A model generated the notes under the pieces. That model was not told the DNA's origin, did no database searches, and saw only the letters and a program-made list of their open reading frames with translations. 64,000 bases of DNA from Candidatus Zixiibacteriota bacterium (lineage in GTDB: Bacteria; Zixibacteria; MSB-5A5; UBA10806; 4484-95). The stretch covers positions 66,575 to 130,574 of the forward strand of contig JBBIRK010000007.1 of assembly GCA_037441845.1 (NCBI GenBank), given 5' to 3'. The translations under genes and the position numbers were made by a program. Shown here piece by piece: positions 38,916 through 48,315 of the stretch (its first letter is position 1; the number at the start of each line of letters is the position of its first letter).

Positions 38916-40306
38916 CAGCGGCCTTCCTTCAAGGCTCGGCTGACATCCTCGAGCGCCATGCCCCGCGAACCTTTCACCAGAACCACATCGCCCGGCTTCA
39001 GATATTTCTGCAATTTTTCGATCAACGCCGCTTTGTCCATATAATGGCTTCCCTCCCGGCCGTGATATTCTTTAAAATAATGCCGGCTTAATTGTCCGAA
39101 TGCGAAGACGGCGTCTATTTTATGCTTGTCGAGAGATCGGCCGATTTCGACGTGGAATTCGATTTCCCGCGGCCCCAGCTCAAGCATATCTCCGAGCACC
39201 GCTATTTTCCTGCCCTCGCCGGGGAAACCCGCCAAAGTCTCGATCGCCGATTTCAGAGAAACCGGATTGGCGTTATAACAATCGTTGATTACGGTAATGC
39301 CCTTGCTTCGGAAAATCTCCGAACGAAGGCTGCTTGGCTCGATCGAACTGAGCGCGTCCGACATTGATTTCCATTCGCAGCCGAGCGAATCGGCGCAGGC
39401 GAGCGCAGCCAGAGCGTTATATATATTATGTCTGCCTTGATATCGCAGGAAAAACCTCCGCCCGTTCAGGCTGAATTCGTATCCTTGATTTGTTTGGGCG
39501 ATCGACTCGGCTCGGAAATCAGCATCGGAATCGATCCCATAAGTTATCACTTTCTGCCGTAAATCCCCGACCCAGGTCCGCAGGATCGGATCGTCATTGT
39601 TGATTATCACCAGACCGTTCTGGGCCATTTTTTCCACCAGCTCATGTTTGGCTCGGGCGACTGCTTCGATCGTTCCCATATTCTGAAGATGGACCGGGCC
39701 GATATTGGTGAGAATTCCTATGTTAGGCTGGCAGATTTCCGTTAACCGGCCGATTTCTCCGGGAAAGCTCATGCCCAGTTCGAACACCCCGGCTTGAATC
39801 GTTTCATCGAGCCGGAAAAGATTTTGCGGCAGTCCGATCAAGTTGTTTTTATTCCCGCTTGTTTTCAAGACCGTAAATCGCGTCGAAAGGCAGGCGGCTG
39901 TCAATTCCTTGGTTGTCGTCTTGCCGTTCGAGCCTGTGATGGCAGCGCATAGGATATCGAATCTCCCTCGGAAACTCGCCGCCAGATCGCCGAGCGCTTT
40001 TAGGGTATCGGCCACTTTTATCAGCATGCCCCGGCCGATCGTTATATCACGATCGACAACCGCGGCGCAGGCGCCTTTGGCGAACGCCTCATTCACATAA
40101 TCGTGGCCGTCGAAATTGTCGCCTTTCAAAGCGAAAAACAGTTCGCCCCTGCCGATCGTCCTCGTATCGGTGGAAATCCCCCTTATTTCGATCGACCCGT
40201 CGAGATATCGGTCTGGCGGTTCGGCCGGGCCGCCGTAAACCGCCTTTGCCGTCAAAGCTTTTTCCACGTCCGAAATAGTCAACTTCATGGTTTCAAGAAT
40301 CTGCAT
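38915..40306 (-). CDS. murF: MurF D-Ala-D-Ala-adding ligase
   Basis: FDGHDY, GSNGKTTTKE, DCYNANP, LGDMLELG, KGSRG. Confidence 0.96.
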   Translation of the reverse strand: MQILETMKLTISDVEKALTAKAVYGGPAEPPDRYLDGSIEIRGISTDTRTIGRGELFFALKGDNFDGHDYVNEAFAKGACAAVVDRDITIGRGMLIKVADTLKALGDLAASFRGRFDILCAAITGSNGKTTTKELTAACLSTRFTVLKTSGNKNNLIGLPQNLFRLDETIQAGVFELGMSFPGEIGRLTEICQPNIGILTNIGPVHLQNMGTIEAVARAKHELVEKMAQNGLVIINNDDPILRTWVGDLRQKVITYGIDSDADFRAESIAQTNQGYEFSLNGRRFFLRYQGRHNIYNALAALACADSLGCEWKSMSDALSSIEPSSLRSEIFRSKGITVINDCYNANPVSLKSAIETLAGFPGEGRKIAVLGDMLELGPREIEFHVEIGRSLDKHKIDAVFAFGQLSRHYFKEYHGREGSHYMDKAALIEKLQKYLKPGDVVLVKGSRGMALEDVSRALKEGR

Positions 40307-41807
40307 AGCCCAGCTTTTTGAGGTATCTTCTGGCGACGTCCTGATCCGAAAAATAATGTTTGTTCCTGCCGATTATCTGATAATCCTCATGCCCTTTGCC
40401 GGCGATAATCACGAGATCTCCGGATTTGGCTGATGATACGGCCCGCCCTATCGCCTCATCGCGGTTCTCGACCACGGTGTAATTTTTTCGACCCGACATC
40501 CCTTTCAGAATATCTTTGATTATTTTCCCGGGTTCCTCGGAGCGCGGGTTATCGGAAGTAACGATTACTCGATCGGCATGGCTGACCGCGATTTCCCCCA
40601 TCAGCGGGCGTTTGGCCTTATCACGATCCCCGCCGCAACCGAAAACAACCAGTTTCTCACCCGGGCATTCGAGGCTCGTAAGCAGATTTTTCAGCGCATC
40701 GGGAGTATGGGCATAATCGACAATCACGGTGAAAGGCTGGCCCATATCGATTATTTGAACTCGACCGGGAACCTGCGGAGCGTGACGCATCGCTTCGACC
40801 GCCGGTTCGATTTCGACGTTCAGGGCTGTCGCCGCGGCTAAGGCGGCCACGAAATTATACAGATTGAAACGACCCAAGTGCGGCAGTGTGCCGTCGAAAG
40901 TGCGTCCTTTATAATGAAGCCGGAACGAACCCGTTTTGCCGTCGATGCCGCGGTCCTCGACTATAAAATCGGCGCCGGAGGTGTTGCTCAATGAATACGA
41001 AAGGACTTTCGCCCGGCAGACCTTTTTCATCTTTTCAGAATACGGATCATCGGCGTTCAAGACGCAGAATCCGTCTTGTTTCACCAATTTTTCGAAAAGG
41101 ATCGACTTGACGGAAAAATAGCGATCCATAGTCTTGTGATAATCGAGGTGGTCTTGAGTTAGATTGGTGAATATCGCGCCGGTGAAACTTATATCGTCGC
41201 AGCGCCCCATATCGAGTCCGTGCGAGGAAACCTCCATGGCGCAGCCCGAAAGTTTGTTCTCGAGAATTTCCGCCAACAGCTCCTGAAGTAACAGCGAATC
41301 GGGAGTAGTGTTGATCGCATTCTCCGTGCGTTTGCCGGTAAAATATTCCACCGTGCCGATCCGTCCCCACTGCTTCCCGACACTGGACATGATGTGAGTC
41401 AGATAGTAGGTCGTGGTGGTTTTGCCGTTGGTGCCGGTTACTCCGACGACGGGAATATGCAAAGAAGGATTGTCGTAATATCGAGCGGCAATCTGCGACA
41501 ATACCCGCCTGATATTCTTGCAATAAATAACCGGTATATCCATACTGCCGAGATCGTTGGATTGACTAACGACGGCGCGGGCGCCCAGCGATATCGCCTC
41601 GGGCACGTATTTTCGTCCATCGGCGGAAAAGCCCGGAATAGCGAAAAACAGATCGCCCCTTTTGACCTTCCTCGAATCGTTGGCCAGGCCGCTTACTTGA
41701 ACCGCCGCCTCTTTCGCATTCAATTTGCAACCGGTTCCCGCGAATAATTCGCCGAGAGTCACGGTTTTCCCTATCGAGGTCATCTTATTTGCCGCCACGA
41801 GATTCAA
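40293..41807 (-). CDS. murE: MurE (meso-DAP type)
   Basis: GTNGKTT, MEVSSH, DYAHTPD, GCGGDRD, DNPR motif. Confidence 0.97.
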   Translation of the reverse strand: MNLVAANKMTSIGKTVTLGELFAGTGCKLNAKEAAVQVSGLANDSRKVKRGDLFFAIPGFSADGRKYVPEAISLGARAVVSQSNDLGSMDIPVIYCKNIRRVLSQIAARYYDNPSLHIPVVGVTGTNGKTTTTYYLTHIMSSVGKQWGRIGTVEYFTGKRTENAINTTPDSLLLQELLAEILENKLSGCAMEVSSHGLDMGRCDDISFTGAIFTNLTQDHLDYHKTMDRYFSVKSILFEKLVKQDGFCVLNADDPYSEKMKKVCRAKVLSYSLSNTSGADFIVEDRGIDGKTGSFRLHYKGRTFDGTLPHLGRFNLYNFVAALAAATALNVEIEPAVEAMRHAPQVPGRVQIIDMGQPFTVIVDYAHTPDALKNLLTSLECPGEKLVVFGCGGDRDKAKRPLMGEIAVSHADRVIVTSDNPRSEEPGKIIKDILKGMSGRKNYTVVENRDEAIGRAVSSAKSGDLVIIAGKGHEDYQIIGRNKHYFSDQDVARRYLKKLGYADS

Positions 41808-43750
41808 TCGCTTTTACACCTTAATCTGACTATCGTTCCTGGTTCGATCGGCTCGCCGGCCGATGGTGATTGCTCGACCACGATGCCGGAACCGCTGAAA
41901 TCGCAGGCGATACCCATTTCCCGCGCGTAAATCAGGGCCTGCCGGATGGTCAATCCTTTCAAATCGGGCGTGGTAAATTGCCCGTTATTTTCTTTATCTA
42001 CTTTAAGAGAAGCCATGACCCCCATCAACGAATCCGGCTTCGGTTTGGAAGGCGCGGCTTTCTTTTCTATAACGGCTTTCGATTTTTTCACCACCGGTTT
42101 ATCGAGTTTGCCCGGAAGCATGCTGAATCGCTCGGCTATTCTCCGGAAAACGGGTGCGGAAATTTCCCCGCCGTAACGGGATTTCTTGGGCTCGTCGAAC
42201 ACCACGATGCCGACGTAATCCGGGAAGTCCGCAGGAAAATATCCCACGAACGAAGCCACCGATTTGCTATGGTCATAGCCTTTATTTTTTATCGCCTTCA
42301 GCGCGGTACCGGTCTTGCCCGCCAATTCAACTATGGCGGAATCGGCGCGTTTGGCCGTTCCCGAGGCGACAACCTCGCGTAAAAATCGCCTAAGCAGTGC
42401 CGCAGTTGTAGGTGTCATTATCTGCTTGCCTTCGGGTAAATTCCGCAACAACCGTCGGCTGCCGTCTTCGTAAACCACCTCTTTACCGAAATACGGTAGG
42501 GTGAGTTTCCCTCCCGATGTAACCGCATCGTAAAGCATGGTCATCTGCATCGGCGTGGCGCTGATACCATGTCCGAAACAAACATTGGCCAGATAATGGT
42601 CTCGCCAGGGGGGTCTCTGAAGCTGTCCGGAGACTTCACCCGGAAAATCGACCGCCAGTTTTTTCACGAATCCGGCATCCGTTATCATCTTGTAGATTGT
42701 ATAATCGCCCAGGTCAAGTCCAAGCTTGGCCGCTCCTATATTGGATGAATGAACGACTATTTCTTCGACGGTAAGCTTATCGTAGGCGTGATCGTCGCGT
42801 ATCACGCGATCATCGACGCGATATTTTCCTCCCTCGACATCGACGATAGTGTTCGGGCTGAACCGACCTGATTCGAGGGCCGAGGCAACCGCGACAATTT
42901 TGAAAGTCGATCCCGGTTCATACATATCGGCGATTGCTCGGTTGCGCCTTGCCGGTGCGCCGTTGCTGTCTATAGAGGCGCATGCTGCGATCTCCCCTGA
43001 TCCCGCCCTCACAAAAAATGCGGTGGCCGAAATGCCCCCATAATTCTCCAATCCCGCCTTCAATTCCTGCTCGACTATCTGCTGAAGATCAAGATCGAGT
43101 GTCAGTACGATATCCAGCCCGTTTTCCGGCTTCTTGTAAAGTTCGTCATGAAAAATAAAGGTCCGTTTCTTGCCATAACGTTTAAGCAATGCTGTGCCCG
43201 GCTTGCCGGAAAGCAGCGAATCGTATTGCAGCTCGATTCCTGAAATCCCCTTGTTGTCAATATCCACTCGGCCAAGTACCGCAAGCGCCAAGTCGCCGGC
43301 CGGATAAACCCGCCGCGATTCGACGATGGAATCGAGCGTCGGTATTCCCGCTCGACTGATGGCAAGTTGTATTTCGGGAGTGGTCTTGCGCGCAACCCAA
43401 AGAAAACGCCGATGATTTTTGAATTTTTCCAACCAGCCGCCGCATTTGGTAACTGCCTCGAGTCGTTGCGCAGCCAGCTCCTTTTCGACTATCTTATCGG
43501 GTATCACGTAAAACGAATACGAATCGACGTCCTGGGCAAGCACCCGATTTTGACAATCATAAATGGCTCCCCGACGGGGCTGTATCTCGATTTGAACGTT
43601 CTGTTGGCTTTCGGCAGCCTGAGCGAATTTATCGCGGTGAATAATCTGAATCCAGACAAGTCTTGCCGCAATCGCCGCCCACACGAAAAGCAAAACGTAT
43701 TTTATGACCCGTAGACGCGAATCGAATTTTCTTTGAACCCTAACGGTCAT
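41804..43750 (-). CDS. ftsI: Class B PBP (FtsI) with C-terminal PASTA domain
   Basis: RGAIYD, STFK, SSN, KTG; PDLKG...QSP PASTA. Confidence 0.93.
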   Translation of the reverse strand: MTVRVQRKFDSRLRVIKYVLLFVWAAIAARLVWIQIIHRDKFAQAAESQQNVQIEIQPRRGAIYDCQNRVLAQDVDSYSFYVIPDKIVEKELAAQRLEAVTKCGGWLEKFKNHRRFLWVARKTTPEIQLAISRAGIPTLDSIVESRRVYPAGDLALAVLGRVDIDNKGISGIELQYDSLLSGKPGTALLKRYGKKRTFIFHDELYKKPENGLDIVLTLDLDLQQIVEQELKAGLENYGGISATAFFVRAGSGEIAACASIDSNGAPARRNRAIADMYEPGSTFKIVAVASALESGRFSPNTIVDVEGGKYRVDDRVIRDDHAYDKLTVEEIVVHSSNIGAAKLGLDLGDYTIYKMITDAGFVKKLAVDFPGEVSGQLQRPPWRDHYLANVCFGHGISATPMQMTMLYDAVTSGGKLTLPYFGKEVVYEDGSRRLLRNLPEGKQIMTPTTAALLRRFLREVVASGTAKRADSAIVELAGKTGTALKAIKNKGYDHSKSVASFVGYFPADFPDYVGIVVFDEPKKSRYGGEISAPVFRRIAERFSMLPGKLDKPVVKKSKAVIEKKAAPSKPKPDSLMGVMASLKVDKENNGQFTTPDLKGLTIRQALIYAREMGIACDFSGSGIVVEQSPSAGEPIEPGTIVRLRCKSD

Positions 43751-44130
43751 CAGTAACCCCGGAGCAACCTAACGAGGCCGGACCAGAATTCAGAAAGCCC
43801 GGCGTAATTGCTCTTGTTGCCGGTTGCGTTTCGATCGATCGGGGCGTCTTCGTAAATGAATTCCCGGTTTCTCATGTCGGTGTTCATTCCAAAACCATAC
43901 CCCGCACAACTGTCGATCCAGGCTATCGATCTGTATCTTTCCAATTGCACGGCCAGTTGCTTATTCTTCTCGATAAGTGAATCACGGGTGCGCCGAAGCT
44001 GGGTTAGTTCCCGCGAGAGGTCCACAGCCACAGTCGATTTCCACACCCAGAGCATCGCCAGTACAAAAATCAGCGGCAAGGATCGCTTTATTTTGCGATA
44101 AAGCCGGCTCTTTCTTTTTTTAAGCCGCAA
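43750..44130 (-). CDS. ftsL: FtsL-like divisome protein
   Basis: Basic N-terminus, TM, coiled coil; position between rsmH and ftsI. Confidence 0.7.
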   Translation of the reverse strand: MRLKKRKSRLYRKIKRSLPLIFVLAMLWVWKSTVAVDLSRELTQLRRTRDSLIEKNKQLAVQLERYRSIAWIDSCAGYGFGMNTDMRNREFIYEDAPIDRNATGNKSNYAGLSEFWSGLVRLLRGY

Positions 44131-45049
44131 TTTTCTCCACCACTCTCAATTTTGCCGAACGCGCCCGCGGATTTCCGGCTGTTTCTTCCGGCGATGGTCT
44201 TTCCGGTTTGGGAGTCAAGGCACGAACGATTATTATCTTGCCGCAGCGACATTCCCTTGCCCGGGGCGGACAAACGCATTTGCCGGAATACTTTCGGAAA
44301 ACACGTTTCACTATTCTATCTTCGAGAGAATGATAGGCGATCACCATGATCCGGCCGCCCAATTGGATCGAGGGTATTATGGATTGCAAGCTCTGCTCCA
44401 AATTCGCCAACTCATCATTTACTTCAATCCGCAATGCCTGAAACACCCTGGCGGCGGTTTTCAGGAAAGACCGCGATCCAACCACGCGACGGATGATCGC
44501 GGATAACTCGGATGTGGTAGTGATCGCTCTACCCTCGGCTTTTATCGCTTTCGCTATCGATTTCGCTCTTGGTTCCTGTCCATAATCACGCAGTATTCGA
44601 TAGAGGGCGGCCTCGTCGCTTGCGCCGATCAGATCGGCGGCGGTCCGGGTCTGTTTCGGATCAAATGCCAAACGCAGCGGCCCATCATGCAAATACGAGA
44701 ATCCTTTGTCGGGATCGTCTATCTGCATGGAACTGAGACCCAGGTCATATAGAACGGCGCTTATGGGTGATTTTCCCTCTCTTGTCATGTAATCAGCTAT
44801 TTCCGAAAAATTTTTCTGAACCAGTTGTGCCTTTATACCCTCGCGATAAAGAAGCTTTCTCGTATTTTCAATGACTTCGCCGTCAAGATCGAAGCCGATG
44901 TAACTAAAGCGGTCTCGAAACTCCCGATAAACGGCTCGCAGATGGCCGCCTGCACCGAGAGTGGCATCGATAAAATATCCCGGCGGACATCCCCTCAGAT
45001 GTTCGACCACTCTTGCGGCGAGCACGGGAATATGCGGTGGATCAAATAT
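44120..45049 (-). CDS. rsmH: 16S rRNA m4C1402 methyltransferase (start uncertain: GTG 45025 or ATA 45049)
   Basis: HIPV, DATLGAGGH, DLGLSS.Q, FQALRIEVN, HSLEDR, NPRARSAKLR. Confidence 0.95.
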   Translation of the reverse strand: MFDPPHIPVLAARVVEHLRGCPPGYFIDATLGAGGHLRAVYREFRDRFSYIGFDLDGEVIENTRKLLYREGIKAQLVQKNFSEIADYMTREGKSPISAVLYDLGLSSMQIDDPDKGFSYLHDGPLRLAFDPKQTRTAADLIGASDEAALYRILRDYGQEPRAKSIAKAIKAEGRAITTTSELSAIIRRVVGSRSFLKTAARVFQALRIEVNDELANLEQSLQSIIPSIQLGGRIMVIAYHSLEDRIVKRVFRKYSGKCVCPPRARECRCGKIIIVRALTPKPERPSPEETAGNPRARSAKLRVVEKIAA

Positions 45050-45476
45050 CGATTTTGCGCGCCACCTCCTCGTAGGATCGATCGGGTTTGTTCAAGTAGT
45101 CAGCGAATATTTCAGGATTCCATATCTCCATTCTATCCAACATCCCCACCACCAACACATCTTTCTCTAATTTTGCCTCCTTGATAAGAGCGGCCGAAAG
45201 TGTTATTCTTCCCTGGTTATCCGCCTGCACCACGAACGAGCGGGATAGTGTGGTGCGAAGATAGTAAACATTGTCGGGGTTGTTACGGACGAGGCTCTGG
45301 AGTTTTTCCTGCACCTTGTTCCATTCTTCTTCGGGGAAAACGTTCAGGCAGCCGTTAAGCCCGGGAGTAATGACATAAGTCTCCATGGTTCCAGCAGGTC
45401 TGCGGAATTTAGCCGGAAGATTAAGGCGACCTTTGCTGTCGATTTGATGCCTGAATGAGCCGATAAAACCCGTCAT
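45042..45476 (-). CDS. mraZ: Division/cell wall cluster repressor MraZ
   Basis: DSKGRL.LP and DNQGRI motifs, EIW. Confidence 0.95.
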   Translation of the reverse strand: MTGFIGSFRHQIDSKGRLNLPAKFRRPAGTMETYVITPGLNGCLNVFPEEEWNKVQEKLQSLVRNNPDNVYYLRTTLSRSFVVQADNQGRITLSAALIKEAKLEKDVLVVGMLDRMEIWNPEIFADYLNKPDRSYEEVARKIDI

Positions 45477-45513
45477 AGGGAAATTACACCTTTCTTCCCC
45501 ACTTTACGCCCCA

Positions 45514-45543
45514 AAACTAAACACAACCCTAACTTTTTGTCAA
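45514..45543 (-). promoter_or_regulatory. dcw promoter candidate TTGACA-N18-TAGTTT
   Basis: Consensus -35 upstream of mraZ; TGGGG repeats downstream. Confidence 0.5.
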
Positions 45544-45596
45544 GGAAAAATTTCCATAAGCCTTAGTCAATTAAATGATATAGACCTATATCAACG

Positions 45597-45617
45597 ATTA
45601 TGGGGAAAATCCCATAT
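45597..45617. promoter_or_regulatory. Palindromic operator candidate TATGGG-N6-CCCATA
   Basis: Second copy of the 7228-7249 motif. Confidence 0.5.
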
Positions 45618-45804
45618 CTTGCTATTTCCGGCTGAAATGAATCGTCTGACATTAAATTCGGGCCTAAGTGTAACTTATTATATTTTAAGTAGATATCTGG
45701 CTGTTGCATACGGAAACCCACCCTACATAGGCCGGGCACCGCCTTTGCTTAATCCCCTTTCCGAGGAAATAAAAAGCGGTTGATTCCTTGATCAGGAGGG
45801 GATT

Positions 45805-48237
45805 ATGCGAGCCTCGAACAAATTTATTTCTTTAGTTATCTTAATAACAATTATCGGGTTAACGGCCAGCCTGCAAGCTGAGGACCGGCTTTTTTTCAGC
45901 TTTTCGACATTAAAATCCGATTTACGTCTTAAACATGATGAAAGAGGAATACAGGCTTTCCTTCCGGGCGACGAAAAAATCGAGATCGCAGGCGCGCCGC
46001 AACTGCCTTGCAAGCTCACGAAAATCGCCTTGCCTGTCGGCATGAATGCGGGAACCATTCAGGCCGAGCCTGGGCCGATCATTCAAATAGGCTGTTATCC
46101 TAATTACACGCCTTATCCGGGTGATGTTAAAACGGATGGGGAACCCGCCGAAAACTATCCGGCCGCTGAAGACGAATTGATCTACGGTTCCGATTCGCTT
46201 TTCCCGGGATCCTATTTCGAATTGGTGGATAGGGGAGTTTTCGGCAATCAGGAAATTTTAACGATTCGGCTGTATCCGATTCAATACCGACCACGCAGCG
46301 GCGATCTTTTCCTTGTCGATGAAATCAAGATTCAAATCCAACTTGTCCAGGGGGAGCTTTCCGGACCGGCGGTGCAAGTAGGGGCAAAGCAGTTAAAGCG
46401 CATGGTGGTCAATCCGGAGCAGATCGACATAGATCCCGGGGGAACGGCAAACGACACACCGGCATTATTTCGCCAGGGGAGTTTGGGGATCGGTGCCGAA
46501 TATCTGGTTATTACCAATGCCGAGTTGGCGCCCGCTTTTTATCCCTGGGTGTTTTGGAAAAATCAAAAGGGGATAACCGCCGAAATTGCCTTGATCGAAG
46601 ACATATTGTCGAATTACCCGGGTGTGGATAACGCCGCTAAACTGCGCGCCTATCTCCAGCAGGCATATACCGCGGGCGCACGTTGGGCGTTGTTGGGTGG
46701 TGACGAGGATGTAATCCCAATCCGCTATGCGTTTCCGGGCAATGTAAGCTATCCGATAACTTTGAACAATCAGCAGATATGCGATCTGTACTATGGCGAT
46801 CTCAGCGGCGATTGGGATTATGACAACGACGGAACTTATGGCGAAATGACCCACGACCGGCCGGATTTATATCCTGAAATATACGTAGGCAGGGTTCCGG
46901 TGGATCGGCTTGAGGAGGCGGCCAACTGGGTCAACAAGGCGCTTGTTTACGAACAGAATCCGGGCAACGGCGATTATTCTTATGTCACCAAAGCGCTTTT
47001 TATCACCGCCGATCAGATGCGGGATCTCAACGAGCATATTTCGCTTGCCAGCGTCATGCCGAGCCATTTCAACGTGGATTACGGGCGCTGCGCCGAGGAA
47101 CCCAGTGGTGGTTCCGATTCCCCCATTCAACCAACTGCGCAACGGGTTCTCGAGGTGATCAACGAGGGTTGGGGATATATCGGCAATTTGAACCATGGCA
47201 ATGTATCATCTTATGTTACCATGGCGCCCAATTACAATTATGCCCCCCGCTCATATCTCTGGGGCGACAGCGTGGTTCAGCAGGATGGCGCCGCCACCAT
47301 CTTGTGGCAGGATTCGACCGCCGAATTTTCGGTCAAATACTCGATAAGTTGCGACAACGCCGCATTCGATTTCGACAAGGAAATCTTTCGTCCCGGACCG
47401 TTCCTTACCAACAGCACATTTATGGAGCCGTTTCTTTTCCTGCCGAATCGCGGCGGCGTGGCTTATCTCGGTAACACGCGCTGGGGATGGGTATCGGCAT
47501 CGTACAGGCTGGAAATGAAATTTCTCGAATATCTTTACAACGATTCATCCTGCCAGCTCGGAGTGGCGGAAGCGCTGTCTAAAATATATTACCCGTCCTA
47601 TCGCGATATTGACTACGGGCACAACCTTTTCGGCGATCCGGAGATGGCCGTCTGGAAATATCCCCCCCGGCCGCTGACAGTAACCGCGCCGCATTCGATC
47701 ACCCCTGACAGTCAATCGCTTTCGATCACGGTGACCACCACCGACGGGCCTGCGGGCGGCGTGAAAGTTTGCGTCTGGAAACCCGGAGAATATATGTTCA
47801 GAGGATTTACCAATAGCTCCGGCGAAATTCAAGTTCCGCTCGCTGTCGCCGATCCCGGGTTGATGTTCGTAACCGCCACGGGACGCGATCTCGTTCCGGA
47901 CATAGATACCGTGGTAGTGCTCGCCAGGGCCGCTATCGACGACCGAGAGCTGCTTCCGGATGAGATAAGGCTAGATTGCAATTATCCCAATCCCTTCAAC
48001 TCTACGACCAAAATCAGATTCGCGGTCGGATCTCCGCAAAAGGCGATGCTGGAAATTTACGATCTTTCCGGACGAAAAGTAAAAACTACCGCTGAAAAAG
48101 AATACCCTGCCGGGATTCATGCGATCGAGTGGAACGGCCTGAACGATGACGGTTCGCCGGTGGCAAGCGGGCTATACATGTACGCTTTGAAAGCGGGACA
48201 AAAGCGGGCGGTCGGAAAGATGCTTTTACTTAAATGA
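45805..48237 (+). CDS. C25 (gingipain-like) cysteine peptidase with propeptide and T9SS-A/FlgD-type C-terminal domain
   Basis: Signal peptide; YVGRVPV, NHG (His), SISC (Cys), LFGDPEM; NYPNPFN...IYDLSG..WNG..SGLY..KMLLLK. Confidence 0.9.
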   Translation: MRASNKFISLVILITIIGLTASLQAEDRLFFSFSTLKSDLRLKHDERGIQAFLPGDEKIEIAGAPQLPCKLTKIALPVGMNAGTIQAEPGPIIQIGCYPNYTPYPGDVKTDGEPAENYPAAEDELIYGSDSLFPGSYFELVDRGVFGNQEILTIRLYPIQYRPRSGDLFLVDEIKIQIQLVQGELSGPAVQVGAKQLKRMVVNPEQIDIDPGGTANDTPALFRQGSLGIGAEYLVITNAELAPAFYPWVFWKNQKGITAEIALIEDILSNYPGVDNAAKLRAYLQQAYTAGARWALLGGDEDVIPIRYAFPGNVSYPITLNNQQICDLYYGDLSGDWDYDNDGTYGEMTHDRPDLYPEIYVGRVPVDRLEEAANWVNKALVYEQNPGNGDYSYVTKALFITADQMRDLNEHISLASVMPSHFNVDYGRCAEEPSGGSDSPIQPTAQRVLEVINEGWGYIGNLNHGNVSSYVTMAPNYNYAPRSYLWGDSVVQQDGAATILWQDSTAEFSVKYSISCDNAAFDFDKEIFRPGPFLTNSTFMEPFLFLPNRGGVAYLGNTRWGWVSASYRLEMKFLEYLYNDSSCQLGVAEALSKIYYPSYRDIDYGHNLFGDPEMAVWKYPPRPLTVTAPHSITPDSQSLSITVTTTDGPAGGVKVCVWKPGEYMFRGFTNSSGEIQVPLAVADPGLMFVTATGRDLVPDIDTVVVLARAAIDDRELLPDEIRLDCNYPNPFNSTTKIRFAVGSPQKAMLEIYDLSGRKVKTTAEKEYPAGIHAIEWNGLNDDGSPVASGLYMYALKAGQKRAVGKMLLLK

Positions 48238-48255
48238 TACTCCCTCCTCCGATCG

Positions 48256-48292
48256 AAATGCCGTCGACCCGAAAACCGGCCGGCGGCATTTT
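48256..48292. terminator. Hairpin between convergent genes, probable intrinsic terminator
   Basis: AAATGCCGTCG...CGGCGGCATTTT. Confidence 0.55.
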
Positions 48293-48315
48293 GCATTATG
48301 GCGAAAAATTCGACC

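Noticed and set aside
45486..45515. MraZ boxes (TGGGG repeats)
   Set aside because: Only two clear copies, at 12-nt rather than about 10-nt spacing; plausible but not supportable as a feature
45805..48237. Calling the C25 protein the PorU sortase
   Set aside because: 810 aa with a gingipain-type propeptide; shorter than and unlike PorU by eye, so more likely a cargo protease. An HMM search is needed to settle this
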